DNA of 60,984 nt, filler included, from Dimargaris cristalligena (lineage: Eukaryota), in the NCBI GenBank assembly GCA_003614675.1. It is 5 parts of 5 records of this genome, joined end to end, with 100 filler letters (N's around TTAATTAATTAA, not from the genome) between each part and the next. Parts side by side here need not be neighbours in the genome. Positions count along the whole stretch, not along the records: positions 12,224 to 24,343 come from ML003052.1; positions 24,444 to 36,562 come from ML003053.1; 3 more parts are not named here. One strand, written 5' to 3'. A program made the translations under genes and the position numbers. The notes below the pieces were generated by a model that was given only the letters and a program-made list of their open reading frames with translations, ran no database searches and was not told the DNA's origin. Of the stretch, positions 12,224 through 24,641 are shown one piece after another (position 1 is the first letter of the stretch; every line of letters starts with the position of its first letter).

Positions 12224-14797
12224 AAAACTTTATAAAGTTAGTTTTATTAATATTTTCATTTGAGTGACAAACCAGTTCACCTGGAGAAGCTACCCTGCCC
12301 TTTTGATATATTTTTGTTGTTCATTTTAGTGGCTTGACACCACCACACTGTGATACCGTCAATAGTTGCACTGCCCTATACTTCATTAGTAGGGTTGTTG
12401 GGCCTTGCGTCAGACCTACTTACATGGGCAATATTTTCCATTTCCAGCATTAGCTCATTCATACGGGAGCTGGGGGGTAAACAGTTGGGAGGATTGGCTT
12501 GCGACATAAAGGGCCATGCCCAGGCCGAATACAGAGATGGGAGTAGTGGTGTTTCTCATTCTGAATGATGCTAAGGGTGAAGTAAAAGTCCAGCACACTG
12601 GATGAGACCTAGTGCTGTGCAAGAGTGTAGTAAGCAATGGAGCTCTTAAATGAAGGAATAGTGGGAGTTAGGTGGATAGAGAGCAGCTAATGCATTCATG
12701 GTTAAATTGGGGGAAATGCAGCACTATTTATAATCCAGCCATCGTGTACAACCTTATATGCCAATGGATCAATTAGCACCTAATATTTGCTAGCACAGGG
12801 TCATTGTTTGGTGGTGCCTTGGGCCGTTTACAGTGCTGGAGCTGGCTGCGGGTTAGCCAAAAGTCACTGAATGCTTCATCCCAAAGTAGTCCAGCCATTT
12901 GTTGTACAAACTTGAATCTTCTCCAACCGGTTGTGCAAGTCCAAGCAGCTGATATTCGGCTTAACATCAGCACATACCTTAGGGAAGGGGAGGGGATGTC
13001 CACAGGAGATGGTGTTCGTTTAGGTGAAAAAATAAAATAAAAGTACACACATGCTTTTGTTGCACAAGGCATATTTAGGGAAATCGTATTGGGTCTAGAC
13101 TATAGCAAGGGGCTTGATTAAGCATAGGGTGGTGTTACAATGCTGGTGGTACCTGCCTCTAACTCGGGTCCAGATAGCCAAGCGCGGTTGTTAGGCCGGC
13201 TCGGCTTATGAGCACCCACATAGTCTAGAAAACCCTTCCCATAGACTCCAGCTCATCCACTTGATAATCCATAGTAATGGTCAGGCCATACACCAATCGT
13301 AAGGTCGGCTGTTGAACCCCTTTTCCCTTCTCTCATAGCCCTCTCGCCACCGATTATTCTGAATTACCGCCAGCCACACTTGGGAGAGGCTCCCTCTAGT
13401 TTAAGCATGACTACCAAACCCAGCTGTGCTATGTAGTTGAATCCCTGTCCCTTTCCGGATAGGGATGCATATAAAATTCATGCCTGTTGTTTCCACAAAA
13501 AAAGGTAATAAGTCAAGCAAATAGGCCATTACCTTATTTTGACTAGTTCAGCAGTGTGATGAGTAAGGGTGTGGCCCACCTCATTGTTAGTTGTCAGACA
13601 ATTATGTAAATTGGACTCAGTATCTTGTGCCACGGGGCATTTTACTGTGGGCAGCACAGAGGACCCAGTTACGTTACAATCCTACTCAACCAAAGCAATT
13701 CATGTTACCCCGTGCCAAGACGAATGTCAAGTGGCAGGCGTGGCGCACTGTGGTCTGCGCATTCCCCCCTAAATTTCCCAAGGCCATCCTGAAGGGATGG
13801 GCCAGTGAAGGCATTTTAGATTCGATAGTGCGGAGGCATACTCGCTGATAAGATACTCAGGTGGTCCATGTTCCTTGTCAAGTGGTGTGCAGCAGAGTAT
13901 CTTTCCATTTTCATTGCTTAATCATAATATGCTGTACATATCCCTGTTGAAGAACCTTCTGGCAGCCTACATAACGCCCTAAAGAGGAATGGGCAGATCC
14001 TTTGCCTATGGCTGCGGCCATTTCATTCGGACTTGAATGCTTATTCTTATCCCGAGTCGTTTAACTGCTGCTATACGGCAATTAGGGCGTGGCTACATCT
14101 ATTGCATAGAAACCGGCTACACAAGTCCCGCACTATTTAAAGGTACAGAGCCCTTATAATCCAGCTGACACAAACAGGTGTTCAGCCACCTTAGGTCATA
14201 TCCCCCCGGCTGGCTGGTCTCCCCTATTCTTTTCTACTGCCCGGCCTTAGCCCAACTTCCATGGTTTTATTTATGAAGCGGCGAAAGTGATCATTGTTGT
14301 CAAAATGGAAAATCATATGGCTACAACAGGTATAAATAGGCCTGCAGTAGACCATCCCTGATGCTAACTTCCTATCTGCATTTCCTACCTCTCCGCCTTC
14401 AACAATCCCGTCACCATTGCTTATCAAGCATTGTCCATCGAGTCAGCTCTTCCATCACTACCACTGCCCCAATCCTGTGCTGTTAATTACTCATTAGAAC
14501 CCTGGTCTAGGAAACCGCTGTAACGCTAAAGTCATCTACTGCGGCACCCGTCTTACCAAGCGGTAGTTTCAGTTCAATGCCATTGTATTTTTTCGCTGTC
14601 CTTGTCGTCTTGTTTGGACCGCTTCATTAAGAACCGTGGGTAAGATTGGTGCCATTTTGGCCGTACACCCCCTTTCCCCACCAACACCCTATCGCCTTGT
14701 ATCAGAGCCATTGTGGGGCGTTTGTTCAGATCACTTTCATAATAGGCCCAGGCCAAGTCCAAGTTCCCAATATTCGTAGTATTTATTGACCTTAACC

Positions 14798-15948
14798 ATG
14801 GCCCCCCGCCAAACATCTGGTGACAATCGCAGTCCTGTGCTGCGCCGGAGTAACCGCCTTCGCAATAAGACCCTCCTGGGGTGTATAAAAGGGCGCGATG
14901 GCATTGTCCCCAGCGCTTCTCACACCCCATCCTGCCCAGCCAATTTACCCCCAAACCCTTCTCCGTCGATATTATCTCCTACCGAAATGAACCCATTTCC
15001 AACTGGTGAGGAGGTCCCGCGGCCGACTCCCCTACCCCGGCGACGGACGTCCAAACGACGCTGCCTAGGTCACCAGCCCGGTGCTGAGTCACCCACCCGA
15101 ATGCCCGAGTCGCCGCAGCTCCGGCCCTGCCAAACGCCGTCTTTAGATCCACCCTACCTAGAACTCCCCAGCACGCCATATAGCGAGTCGTCTCGATCCC
15201 GTTGCCTTTCACCCGAACCAATAGAGGCTACTGCGGCCCGTGCAGTACCTGGTGATGTGTGTACTGGCAACAGCCACGAAGGGAATCCTGGCGGCTATAC
15301 TCTTGATCTTCACCGTCTAGCGCTCCCCACAACGACGGCAACAACAACGACAACGACAACGACGCCAAGTCAACCGTTTAGCCACTTTATTGATGACCGG
15401 CCTAATGACTCGGACGGTGGACTGGCTGCCCATTTGGTGTCACGGGTTCAGTTTCGGCTTGGTAGTCATATGAGCCTAGTTGGCCCGGTAGGGGGAGCGT
15501 CATCGCCTCCTCCCTTGGCCTCTGACGGCCCCCCGGCCTTAATGTATCCAGCAGACGATTATTTGGCCTCCATCGTGACCATTGATTCCGATGACGAAAC
15601 CTACGAACTGGCCATGGCCTCGACATTGGCCCTCCATGGGAACAGTTCCGTTGGACTATTCGACCTGGACCGGCTTAGTTATAGTACAGGTTAGTAGTGC
15701 CCTCATTGAAACAATTAATATGATAGGTCTCCCCATATTTTGATCTTTTTATTGTTAGCGTTTTTACTAGGTGGGGGCTATTTGCCTACGCCCCCCTTTT
15801 TTTTAAAGTCGGGATATAGTGTTAACCAGCTTTTTAATGTACATGATGGTGCACTGGTTTATCCAATACGGACGATGGGTTCGAACCACTAGAAACCGAA
15901 TACGATTTTGTGAAGGACTTCGATCGGGTGCAGTTCCATCCGCGGTAG
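14798..15948 (+). CDS. Hypothetical Pro/Ser/Thr-rich, probably disordered protein; exons 14798-15689 and probably 15893-15948
   Basis: Long GC-rich ORF with ATG in ACCATGG context and a poly-Thr tract. A gttagt donor at 15690 and TAG acceptor at 15892 add ETEYDFVKDFDRVQFHPR*. No recognisable domain. Confidence 0.55.
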
Positions 15949-17505
15949 CGCATGCTATACCTCGACGGTGTTTAAGTTCGAACCACAGCTAAGTGGCGAA
16001 GAGGCGGTATTGCCGATTGACTCCCCGACCCACCACCGGTTTGCTGACACCGCGTGGAGGTTCCTTCTTCCCCATGGGATATTCTGTCTCTTCGTTATCA
16101 TATGGACCGTTCAGCTATTGCCATATTCTGCCCCCCCTAAAGGCGAATCCTAATGTGGGGTCGTGGGTGGCCTGTTGTCCCTTTAGCCGCCACTCCATTT
16201 GGTGTACAGAGGCGTTAGATGGATGCCTAGAAATGCGTTTAGTTCACGGGACCTACTTTGGGGGATGCTACTTCTTATTTTGCGCATTTCATCTTCAGTC
16301 GAGTTACTTTGCGTTATTTATATTTGGGATTAAGATCATAATAATAGTAATAATAATAAAACATATATAAAGGCCATTATTTACTGATACAATGGGCTAT
16401 GCCCTTATTGGCAGGTAAGCTATGAATCGGACATCCCGAAAACCGTTCTGGATGACCTGCTATTCATAGTATAGGCGGCCTACTTAAATTCGTTGTTGAT
16501 AGGCTGTTGGTGAATGACCATGCATGCGAGGGTGGAATGCATTTTTACTGTAAGGTAGTGTGATAAAGAACCCGGCAGTTTAATTGCTCCTTTGGTCTAG
16601 TCTTGCGATTGGGTGACGCAGTTAATGCATATTCGGGTGCGCTAGAGACAGGGGGGCGGCCAGTCACGGTTTGTAGCGACATTTAATGCGATTCCACCGT
16701 ATGTTGATGCATCGCGCTTCCGGTAAACTGGTTAGCGAGTACATGTCTCGTTTACGGGCTGGGCCCTCCTATCCCCGGATACCGCTCCACTCGGTATTAG
16801 AATTGAAATGATTACCAGGCCAGTGTACTTGCGACCATTTTTTGGACATTTCCACTGTCTAGCGGGGTTTTGAACTGGGAGCACAATAATGGTAGTGATG
16901 CTGTTTTTCGCATCACATTGGGCCTTTCGAAGCTAGGAAGAGTGGGTTCTATGGCAGAACCTTCCAAAGAACGGCAGAGCTTTTGGGTTGGGCTGAATTC
17001 CCGATAAGCCCCGAGTGCAGCAAGCGGGAAAAAATGAATAGGTGAGTGGGGGAGCAAAGTGAGAGAGGGCCAAGTCGTGCTCCATCCATTATGATAAAGG
17101 CCCCTTCCTCATATATACAGAGGCTGGACACGCACTTAAACCGATGAGCGCCCAGTTGGTCTCAGCCTCAACCATCCTCCGTTTATTATAGTATATCCCT
17201 CGCATCACCCAGCTAGTTGTCTTGAACTCTACCGCCTTTCTTTCGTTTCGCCTCTTTACGCATACATCCCTCTCTCCATCTCCCATCTTTCCCCTCCTCT
17301 GTTGATTAAGACCTCCACTTACCAATAACCTGGTTCTACCCGCCCCAGCTCCATCTGCCGCTCTTTCTTTGGCTCCGCATTCAGTCTTTCATCCCTAAAC
17401 TTATCACACTATTCTCCATTTCCCCACGGGACCCTTCCTCCAGTGTCCTTGGTCGACCTCTCTATATTCACCGAGCCCTAATCCACTACTGCCGACCTGT
17501 AAACG

Positions 17506-18726
17506 ATGGGTAAAACCAACAGTAAGCTGTCGCACGAAGAACTCCGGGATCTCCGGGAAATGACATACTGTAAGTGCCCCAAGGCCTGTCTCGAGGTTTC
17601 GGGTTCATCCCCTTCGTTTTAATTCCCGCCAGCCGCCCAGTACCGTAAACTTGTTATATGCGCATGTCCCGTCGCTGGCTAAGTCACTAACGCCTACTAC
17701 ATGACATTCTATACCTTGGCGGCTGCATTGCCTTCTTTTTCCCCCCACTCCCTCGGTGTGGTATCAGTCGAGAAAAGTGAGCTTAAACAATGGTAAGTGG
17801 TCCGAGTTCGAGAACAAATTGAGTTACCAACCGCGGAGCTTTTACTCGTCTTGCGCCGCTACTAAATGACCTATCGAGTATAAGTCTCAGGTTAACCTGA
17901 AGCGAACTTGTACTTTGCTGTAGGCCATCCTTCGCCTGAATGGTTTGCTATCGATAACCCCTCTCTCAGTCTTGTTATTAACTTCATACTATGCGTTGGT
18001 CCAATTCCCCCATCCTTTTTTCCCCTTCGAATGTTCTATATAACCGGACTCATCTATGAATCATTTTAGGTATAAGGGCTTTATTAAGGATTTCCCCAAT
18101 GGTACCCTGGGCCCCAATGAATTCCGCAAAATCTACAAGCAGTTTTTCCCATTCGGAGACTCGTCTGAATTCGCCGACTACGTCTTCCGCGTGTTTGACC
18201 GAAATAACAATAACCAAATCGATTTCAAAGAATTCATCTGTGCTCTGTCCATATCGTGCCGTGGTAACCTACAAGAGAAGCTGCAATGGACTTTCAATCT
18301 CTATGACATCGACCGGGATGGTTATATAACTTACGAGGAAATGCTACAAATCGTCGAGGCCATTTACAAGATGGTGGGCACTATGGTTAACCTCCCCGAA
18401 GACGAAGACACTCCCGAAAAGAGGGTCAAGAAGCTCTTCAATATGATAGATACGGTAAGTCTGAGGTATTGCCCCGGGTCATTATTTACCGATATATAGC
18501 TCGAAGGCGGCTGACAATAATTTCGGGATTAACCTCACTTTGGTTTTTTTACTCATCCACGTACCCATGGATATTTTACCGCATGGCTAACCCGACCCCT
18601 TCACTATTGTGTATTTCCACCTCTTAGGATCGCGACGGCAAAGTGAGCCTCACCGAATTCCAGCAGGGGGCCGAGAAGGACCCTTCGATTGTAGAAGCCC
18701 TGAACCTATACGCCGGCCTTGTCTAA
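17506..18726 (+). CDS. FRQ1: Frequenin / neuronal calcium sensor-1 (EF-hand protein), 190 aa; exons 17506-17569, 17768-17792, 18070-18454, 18628-18726
   Basis: Myristoylation-type start [19 protein letters not shown]-hands [13 protein letters not shown] and [25 protein letters not shown]-terminus ALNLYAGLV. Exons sum to 573 nt, the canonical 190-aa length. Confidence 0.96.
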
Positions 18727-19657
18727 CCGGCTCACATGAACTCCGACGTATGTTCGATACTCGCTATGCTATTCAACATTCGACCACCCTATTATTTTAT
18801 ACCAATTTCACCACCTCCCCGCACTACTATTTCTTTTATTTTTGCGTTTTCTCTTTTTCGAATACCTCCACAGCCTTGTGATACACCACCCCCTTTTCAT
18901 CCGTTCATTTACATCAAGAACTATATAAATGTGTATTTTTATATCAATTTGCTGTTTATTTTGGTTGTCGTTGTGATGCAGTGGGGGGACTGCACCATGC
19001 AAATCTGACACAGTTGCTACCTCGCCGTCACCAAATAGGGATAACGGTTGTATATTTAGTTGACGCCATTTCATCTATACTATGTTGTGGAACCCAACGG
19101 ATTGCCGAACCGTTAGTTTCGGATAATCCTCAGATGGTAAGACTGGCCCATTAAAACTGTTCACTGCCTACTCGGCGGGGGCAATTGCATTGGGAATACC
19201 CAATGGCGCATTCTCGCTGGCAGGATTAAGGGGCACTTGGGTTCAATGTGATTGTCCTTCCCCAGCGGTTGCAACGGGAGCTGCTTTGATCTTCCATTAA
19301 AATATACCAACGCCTTTGATTACATCGCTCTTAGGGGATATATTGAACGCCATCGGCAACAGCATTTTATTGATTGCAGGTGGTCAACCTAGCCAGATTA
19401 TCATGAGGGTACTCATATCTATAACCAGCTTATTTTAAGTGTAATATTGCCAACCAATTTGAGCAATCGCACACATTCCATTGCGGACAACTACATGTCG
19501 ATTTGTATTCCCCACCTGCCTTGGCCATGGGGATTCCTGCATTATGTTAATAGCGATAGGTCACGTTATTATCCCTGGTTCCATTTTGAAAGTAGAGTGG
19601 CGGACGAAGGTATAATTGATTAGCTAATGGTGGAATAACTCCTATATATACACTCAT

Positions 19658-21770
19658 TTAAAAAAATAATTTCCGCGCCTGTTGTCGCCAATGGGCCGAC
19701 CATCGAATCGATTGGAAACTACGGACATTTTCTCGGGCTATATCTAATAAATCGTTCGGCTGGTCGTCGGAGGGGGATTGGAAAATGCGCTGTTGGGATC
19801 GTATGGACCAAGATAGGTAATATAATAATGTGCATTATTGGTTCGTTAGCGAGGTTTGTGGATACGCTCATAAGAACATTTACCTATGTATAACTATATT
19901 GATAGCAAGGCTGGAGTTTAGTCAGCTTACCTTCCATTGGCGAACAAGTTCGTCGCTAGTTTCGAATACCCAGCCGTTTCGATTATGTTGGACTAGTTCC
20001 CCGATGCATTGGAACTTAACTGCACACACGGGTAAGCCACAGCCGAACATATCCACTACTTTCATGGGCAGGTCGAGTCCCGAAGACGACTGGTGCAAAC
20101 ACACCCCTAAATCCGCCAACCCCAGGAGGCGGGGGTAGTCCTCCGCGGCTAGCCACAGGGTTAAAATATGGACATGGCGCAACTGAAGCCGCTGGATTTC
20201 CGTTTCGTAATAGGCTTTCTGGGGACCCTTGCCGGTAATGATAAGGATCAGCGGGGGTAGGGCGGCGGATCGTGACGACGGATCTTGGGTTTCGGCGCTA
20301 GTTGATCCGGACGGGGAGGTCGTCCGTTTCCCTGCGGGAGCCGCCTTTTCCCCCCGACTCCGAGTGCACTCCAAGTCGTATTTCTTGGCGGCCAATAGCA
20401 ACACTGAAAAATCCTCGTCGGCCGTCCAGCTGGTACTACTCACGATCACCCGGGGCCGTTGGGGACGGTACCGAACCTGGTCTTGGTTCAGTTCGGTGAA
20501 CAAAGTACGGTGGGGTAGGGTGTGTCCACCCAGTCGAGCGCTGGCTAATCTAAATTCCGGGCTCCAGGCCGTTAGGTCACCCCAGAACTGGTGGGCCTCT
20601 TTGGGGTTTAAGCGGCGAAAGTGTTCGGGGGACCGATCGTGAAGGACGATGACCTTGCCAACCACGTGCCAATTTTCCTTGAGTTCGGTGGCCATAGCCT
20701 TGGTAACACAGAGATGCGCGTAAGCATGTCGACCAAACAGGCGTTCATAGCTATGCGGGATAATACAGTGTAAATCAGCAACCAAAATATATTCGAAATC
20801 CGTTTAGCAAAAATACCGGCGGATACAAGTCTGAATGTCTGTTAAATGGTCGACGCCAGGTCTGCAGTGGGCCAACAGACTACAGTGCTCTCTCCCTAGG
20901 CATGGACTACAAAGCCATAGCGCATAGCTCCAAGCGGCTAGACACACTTAAAATCCGAAGCACTTACTAGGCGGCCAAACGGACAACCGGGTGCTGAAAG
21001 CCGAGGTTCAAAGCCAAAATGGTGTAGCCGAAGTTATGCCAGTCAATGATAAGCCGTACGGATCGCAGCCAGCAGATCAGCTGGACAATAAATAGGGTGG
21101 GGATAGCCGGCGGGTTCTGCACGAGAAGAAACTGGGGGGAGGGTAGAATTATCGAGAGGAGCCAGAAGAGCTGGAGGGTCTGGTACAGGATCTTGAAGGG
21201 TGCGTTGAGGAGAAATAGCAGCTTGGAGGAGCCGGGCGGTGGCCTCCAGGGTTCCTGTAGGTAATGTAAATTAATACGGTTGGAGGACAATAGGGACTCG
21301 GGCGGTTTGGAGCCTGGGTAAGAGTAGAAGAGGTGCACGTAAAAGAAGGCCGTGAGTGACATTTGACATTGTTCAAATTCGGCGGCAATGGCCATTAAAT
21401 CAATGAGGCCTGGCCTAGCTCAGCATTGGACGATATATATATATATATATATATAATAAAAGCTGTACTGAACAGCCTAGTGGCATGGGAATGGTACCCA
21501 TAATTAACCAGAGTGTAGTAAAATTTCCTCACGCCTGCCCATGACGAAGCAGTCGGGGCAGTTGAACCAAGTGCATCAGGGCACCGGGTAGAGTGCGGGA
21601 GAATCTGCTACAGATGCCTTCGGTTGAATTTAGGTATATGCAGTTTACTAACCCCTGTAGCCTACTAAATCCACATCAAGCCCATTTTCGGCAAGGGAAA
21701 GGGCATGGTTTTGCATGCGCGGTGAGCGGCCTATATCGCCCAGGACGACAATGCAGACGCGGTTGGGCAT
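19658..21770 (-). CDS. ALG1: Chitobiosyldiphosphodolichol beta-1,4-mannosyltransferase (GT33); exons 21770-21653, 21313-20968, 20750-19931, 19789-19658
   Basis: Motifs [78 protein letters not shown] and C-terminal RWSAHW. All introns GT-AG and in phase. Confidence 0.95.
21433..21455. repeat. (AT)n microsatellite in ALG1 intron 1
   Basis: About 11 AT units. Confidence 0.85.
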
Positions 21771-22855
21771 CGTTAAGGTAGGGAAGGGGGGAGGTGAAAC
21801 TCTAAAAAGACAATGAGATGGAGGGGGTATAGCGAATGGTTAACTGCGACGAATGGGTGAATATCAAGCGGATATGGTGAAGCCGAAGGTTGAAAAGGGC
21901 CCTGGGGTTAAGTACATGGTACTGCCATACAGGAGGGAGGGGGGGCTTTCAGTCACTCCGCTTAGCAGTTCCACAAGCAGCAATTGGCTTTGTGTTGGGT
22001 GGGAGCTTCTTTAGTGGAAACTCGGCGGAGAGGAATTGAGTGTATAAAAATTGGAGAGGTGGCAACAGTATCTTCTATACATATAGTAGTGGCAATTCAA
22101 TACCAGTGCATACTAGCGCTTTGTGCACTGAACCCTGTTTCCAGTAATTGTTTACTGAGCTGTTTTTACCCACGAATACTTCGGCAAAAGTCAGATTGGT
22201 ATCGTTATCGCTGAGGCGGCGGCATCCTGCCTATGTTTTGTATATATACCAAAGTGCACTTCCAAAGAGCCGAAAATCAAAAATCCTTCAAGTGAAAGTG
22301 AATCTAAGTAGGCGACAGTCAGGGTGAGTTGTAAATTAAATATCTAAACCTTCCAAGGCCATTGCAATAATATTACAACTGGGGTTTCAAAAATACATCT
22401 GATCACTATTCCGTGGTAAATTGAATCCAATCTGGTCAAGAGAGCGGGGGCCCATTCGGCGGCCGCATTGGTAGGGGTGGGCATATACCATCAAATTTGC
22501 CAGTACCAGCGTTTAGTCTAGGTCGGGGGGCTCGAAGCAGCGGGGGTGGCGCACTCTTACTTGACCAGGAGAGGGTTAGTGCCAGTTTCTATACTTGTCT
22601 CCGCGACATGGAAAATGGTCTTGGTAGCGTCCCTTGCCCACGCCCAGCTTACCGACGTTTGACATTTTGATAGGCCTGTTAGTCTAGACCTGAGTAGACG
22701 CAGCGGTAGATAGAATCCCTTCGAGTGGGGCATGCCCAAAAGTAAGCTGTGGTTAGTAATAACTAAATGGTGAGGGTAGCTCCGGTGTGGTTATAATTTG
22801 AAGGACAAACATAGGGTCTCCCTATAGTCACTAGGGTGCGTATTTAAAGCGATAA

Positions 22856-22877
22856 AGAGAGAGAGAGAGAGAGAGAG
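22856..22877. repeat. (AG)n microsatellite
   Basis: About 11 AG units. Confidence 0.85.
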
Positions 22878-23079
22878 CCGCAAATGACATTGGGAAATAG
22901 CCGCGGTTAGTTTTATTGGGTTCAGTATAATAAGCAATAAACCAAAAATAACATCTAGAGTATGGGGCGCTTGATCCAAGATACCAATACAGTGGGCCGG
23001 AAGAAGTTAATTTTTAACCATTTGGTCTGCTTGCCCGAAAGGTCCGGATTCTTCCCAAGTATTTATCACCGCCTGCTTT

Positions 23080-23637
23080 TTAAGCGCGCCTTCCCACAAA
23101 ACCAAGCAACTTCAGCTCAGCCTGCAACTTTGCTACTTGATCATCCCCATTGATATCGACTGGGGAGCTATAATAATCCGATGGAGATTTGAAGACAAAT
23201 GGCCTCAGTTGTTGGAAACTAGGGATATCAAGCGATAATTTTTCTTTATGATTAGTCTGGTCCACATTCCCGTTTGGGGAGGACGCCCAGCTATCCTCAG
23301 CGAAATTGACCATGCCCTGATGACTGAAGCTACTAAGCGGATGGCTAATAGAGGTTTGATCCCAGTTACCATCAACCTGTGGCCCCACGGTCCTGTAGTA
23401 TTTGACCGAAAAATCAGTATCGTACTTATCCTTCATGGCATTTGAATAATTATTGTGTTTGGAGATGCTCGGTTCTTGATATCCTGGGCCGGCACTAGGG
23501 TTGTCATGGCTGTCGTTGTATTGGGGATCCATATTTTTCATAAAACTGGCAGCTTGCAGCAACAAAGTGACCTGAACTGACACAGCCACCAAAGTCAGAA
23601 GAGTGAGAGTAATTTGGGTTTTTATACTGAATATCAC
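23080..23637 (-). pseudogene. Probable decayed gene for a secreted protein
   Basis: Signal-peptide-like IFSIKTQITLTLLTLVAVSVQ followed by an N/D/Y-rich polar region, but the start is GTG rather than ATG and the 5' part is CpG-poor next to a decayed repeat. Confidence 0.4.
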
Positions 23638-24343
23638 AATATTTTTTTGAAAAATAACTAAATAAAAAAATGTATAAAAAGATATGTGTTTAGTGCAAAC
23701 CTATTTTTTGCAAATATATTTGAATGTAATACTCATTGTAACTGAAGATCCAAGTGGATGTTAGAGAGGGGTCAGTCAATAGAGACAAAATATATCGAAT
23801 AAGTTGGTCCAGAGGAAAAGAAACAGGCTATTTGAGGGGGTAAACATAGGCTTCAATGACAGAAGCAATACTTGTCCAGAAATATAATAAGAGTAGAGGT
23901 ATCACTGGGGGAAGGGCTGGGGGCAGAAGAGGAGAAAGGGAGTGGGGGAATTGGATAATCTCTGGCCAAGTGAGCTTTGGGGGAGTATTTATATTCACAT
24001 TGAATCCATTAAGTGTTTCCCTATTATGGTCCACAGATCTAGCCTTTGGATTTAGATCATTTGGCAATGCCGTGTATAAACCTCACAGCCAACCCTCTTA
24101 ATGACCACTTTTGCCACCTGTCCTGTATATTAAAGTATTTTAACCTGGCTATTGACACCTTGACTTCAAGGTGAGAGATTATTTCAGGAACTGGGTAATA
24201 TGGTCAGATTGGGAGTACACCCCCATCCCCCCCTCCAAAAGGGGCATGAGAAGAATACAAATGGATAGTGAAGAGCTTGGATGTAAAGAACTGAACTCAA
24301 ATCCTTGAAAACTGAACTTTATTTGAAAAGATAGGTGATAAAA

Positions 24344-24443
24344 NNNNNNNNNNNNNNNNNNNNNNNNNNNNNNNNNNNNNNNNNNNNTTAATTAATTAAN
24401 NNNNNNNNNNNNNNNNNNNNNNNNNNNNNNNNNNNNNNNNNNN
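24344..24443. other. Artificial contig-joining spacer
   Basis: N44-TTAATTAATTAA-N44. Confidence 0.97.
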
Positions 24444-24515
24444 TAAACATCCCACCAATTTTCCCATACACATATCGGTTAAACCCTTATACAACCAAGC
24501 TGAACTTTACCCATA
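24444..24515 (-). repeat. Family U dispersed repeat at contig start
   Basis: Closely matches 37377-37452 (taaacatccca...cccata...aagctgaa.tt.acccatatt). Confidence 0.7.
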
Positions 24516-24641
24516 TTCCACTCTATCTCCCATTTGCCCCGAGCAAAACTTATCCGAGGCGCTCCAGTTGAGTTCTTTTCTTTATTCCAGACACCCCGTT
24601 CTAGTCGCTTGACCTCGATCAACCTACTTTTTATTTACACC

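Noticed and set aside
12870..12965. Minus-strand peptide LDLHNRLEKIQVCTTNGW resembling a Whi5/Nrm1 motif
   Set aside because: Weak similarity, interrupted by stops, in CpG-poor decayed sequence.
21408..21432. tRNA-like 5' end (TAGCTCAG) in ALG1 intron 1
   Set aside because: Followed by an (AT)n tract, with no T-arm or cloverleaf.
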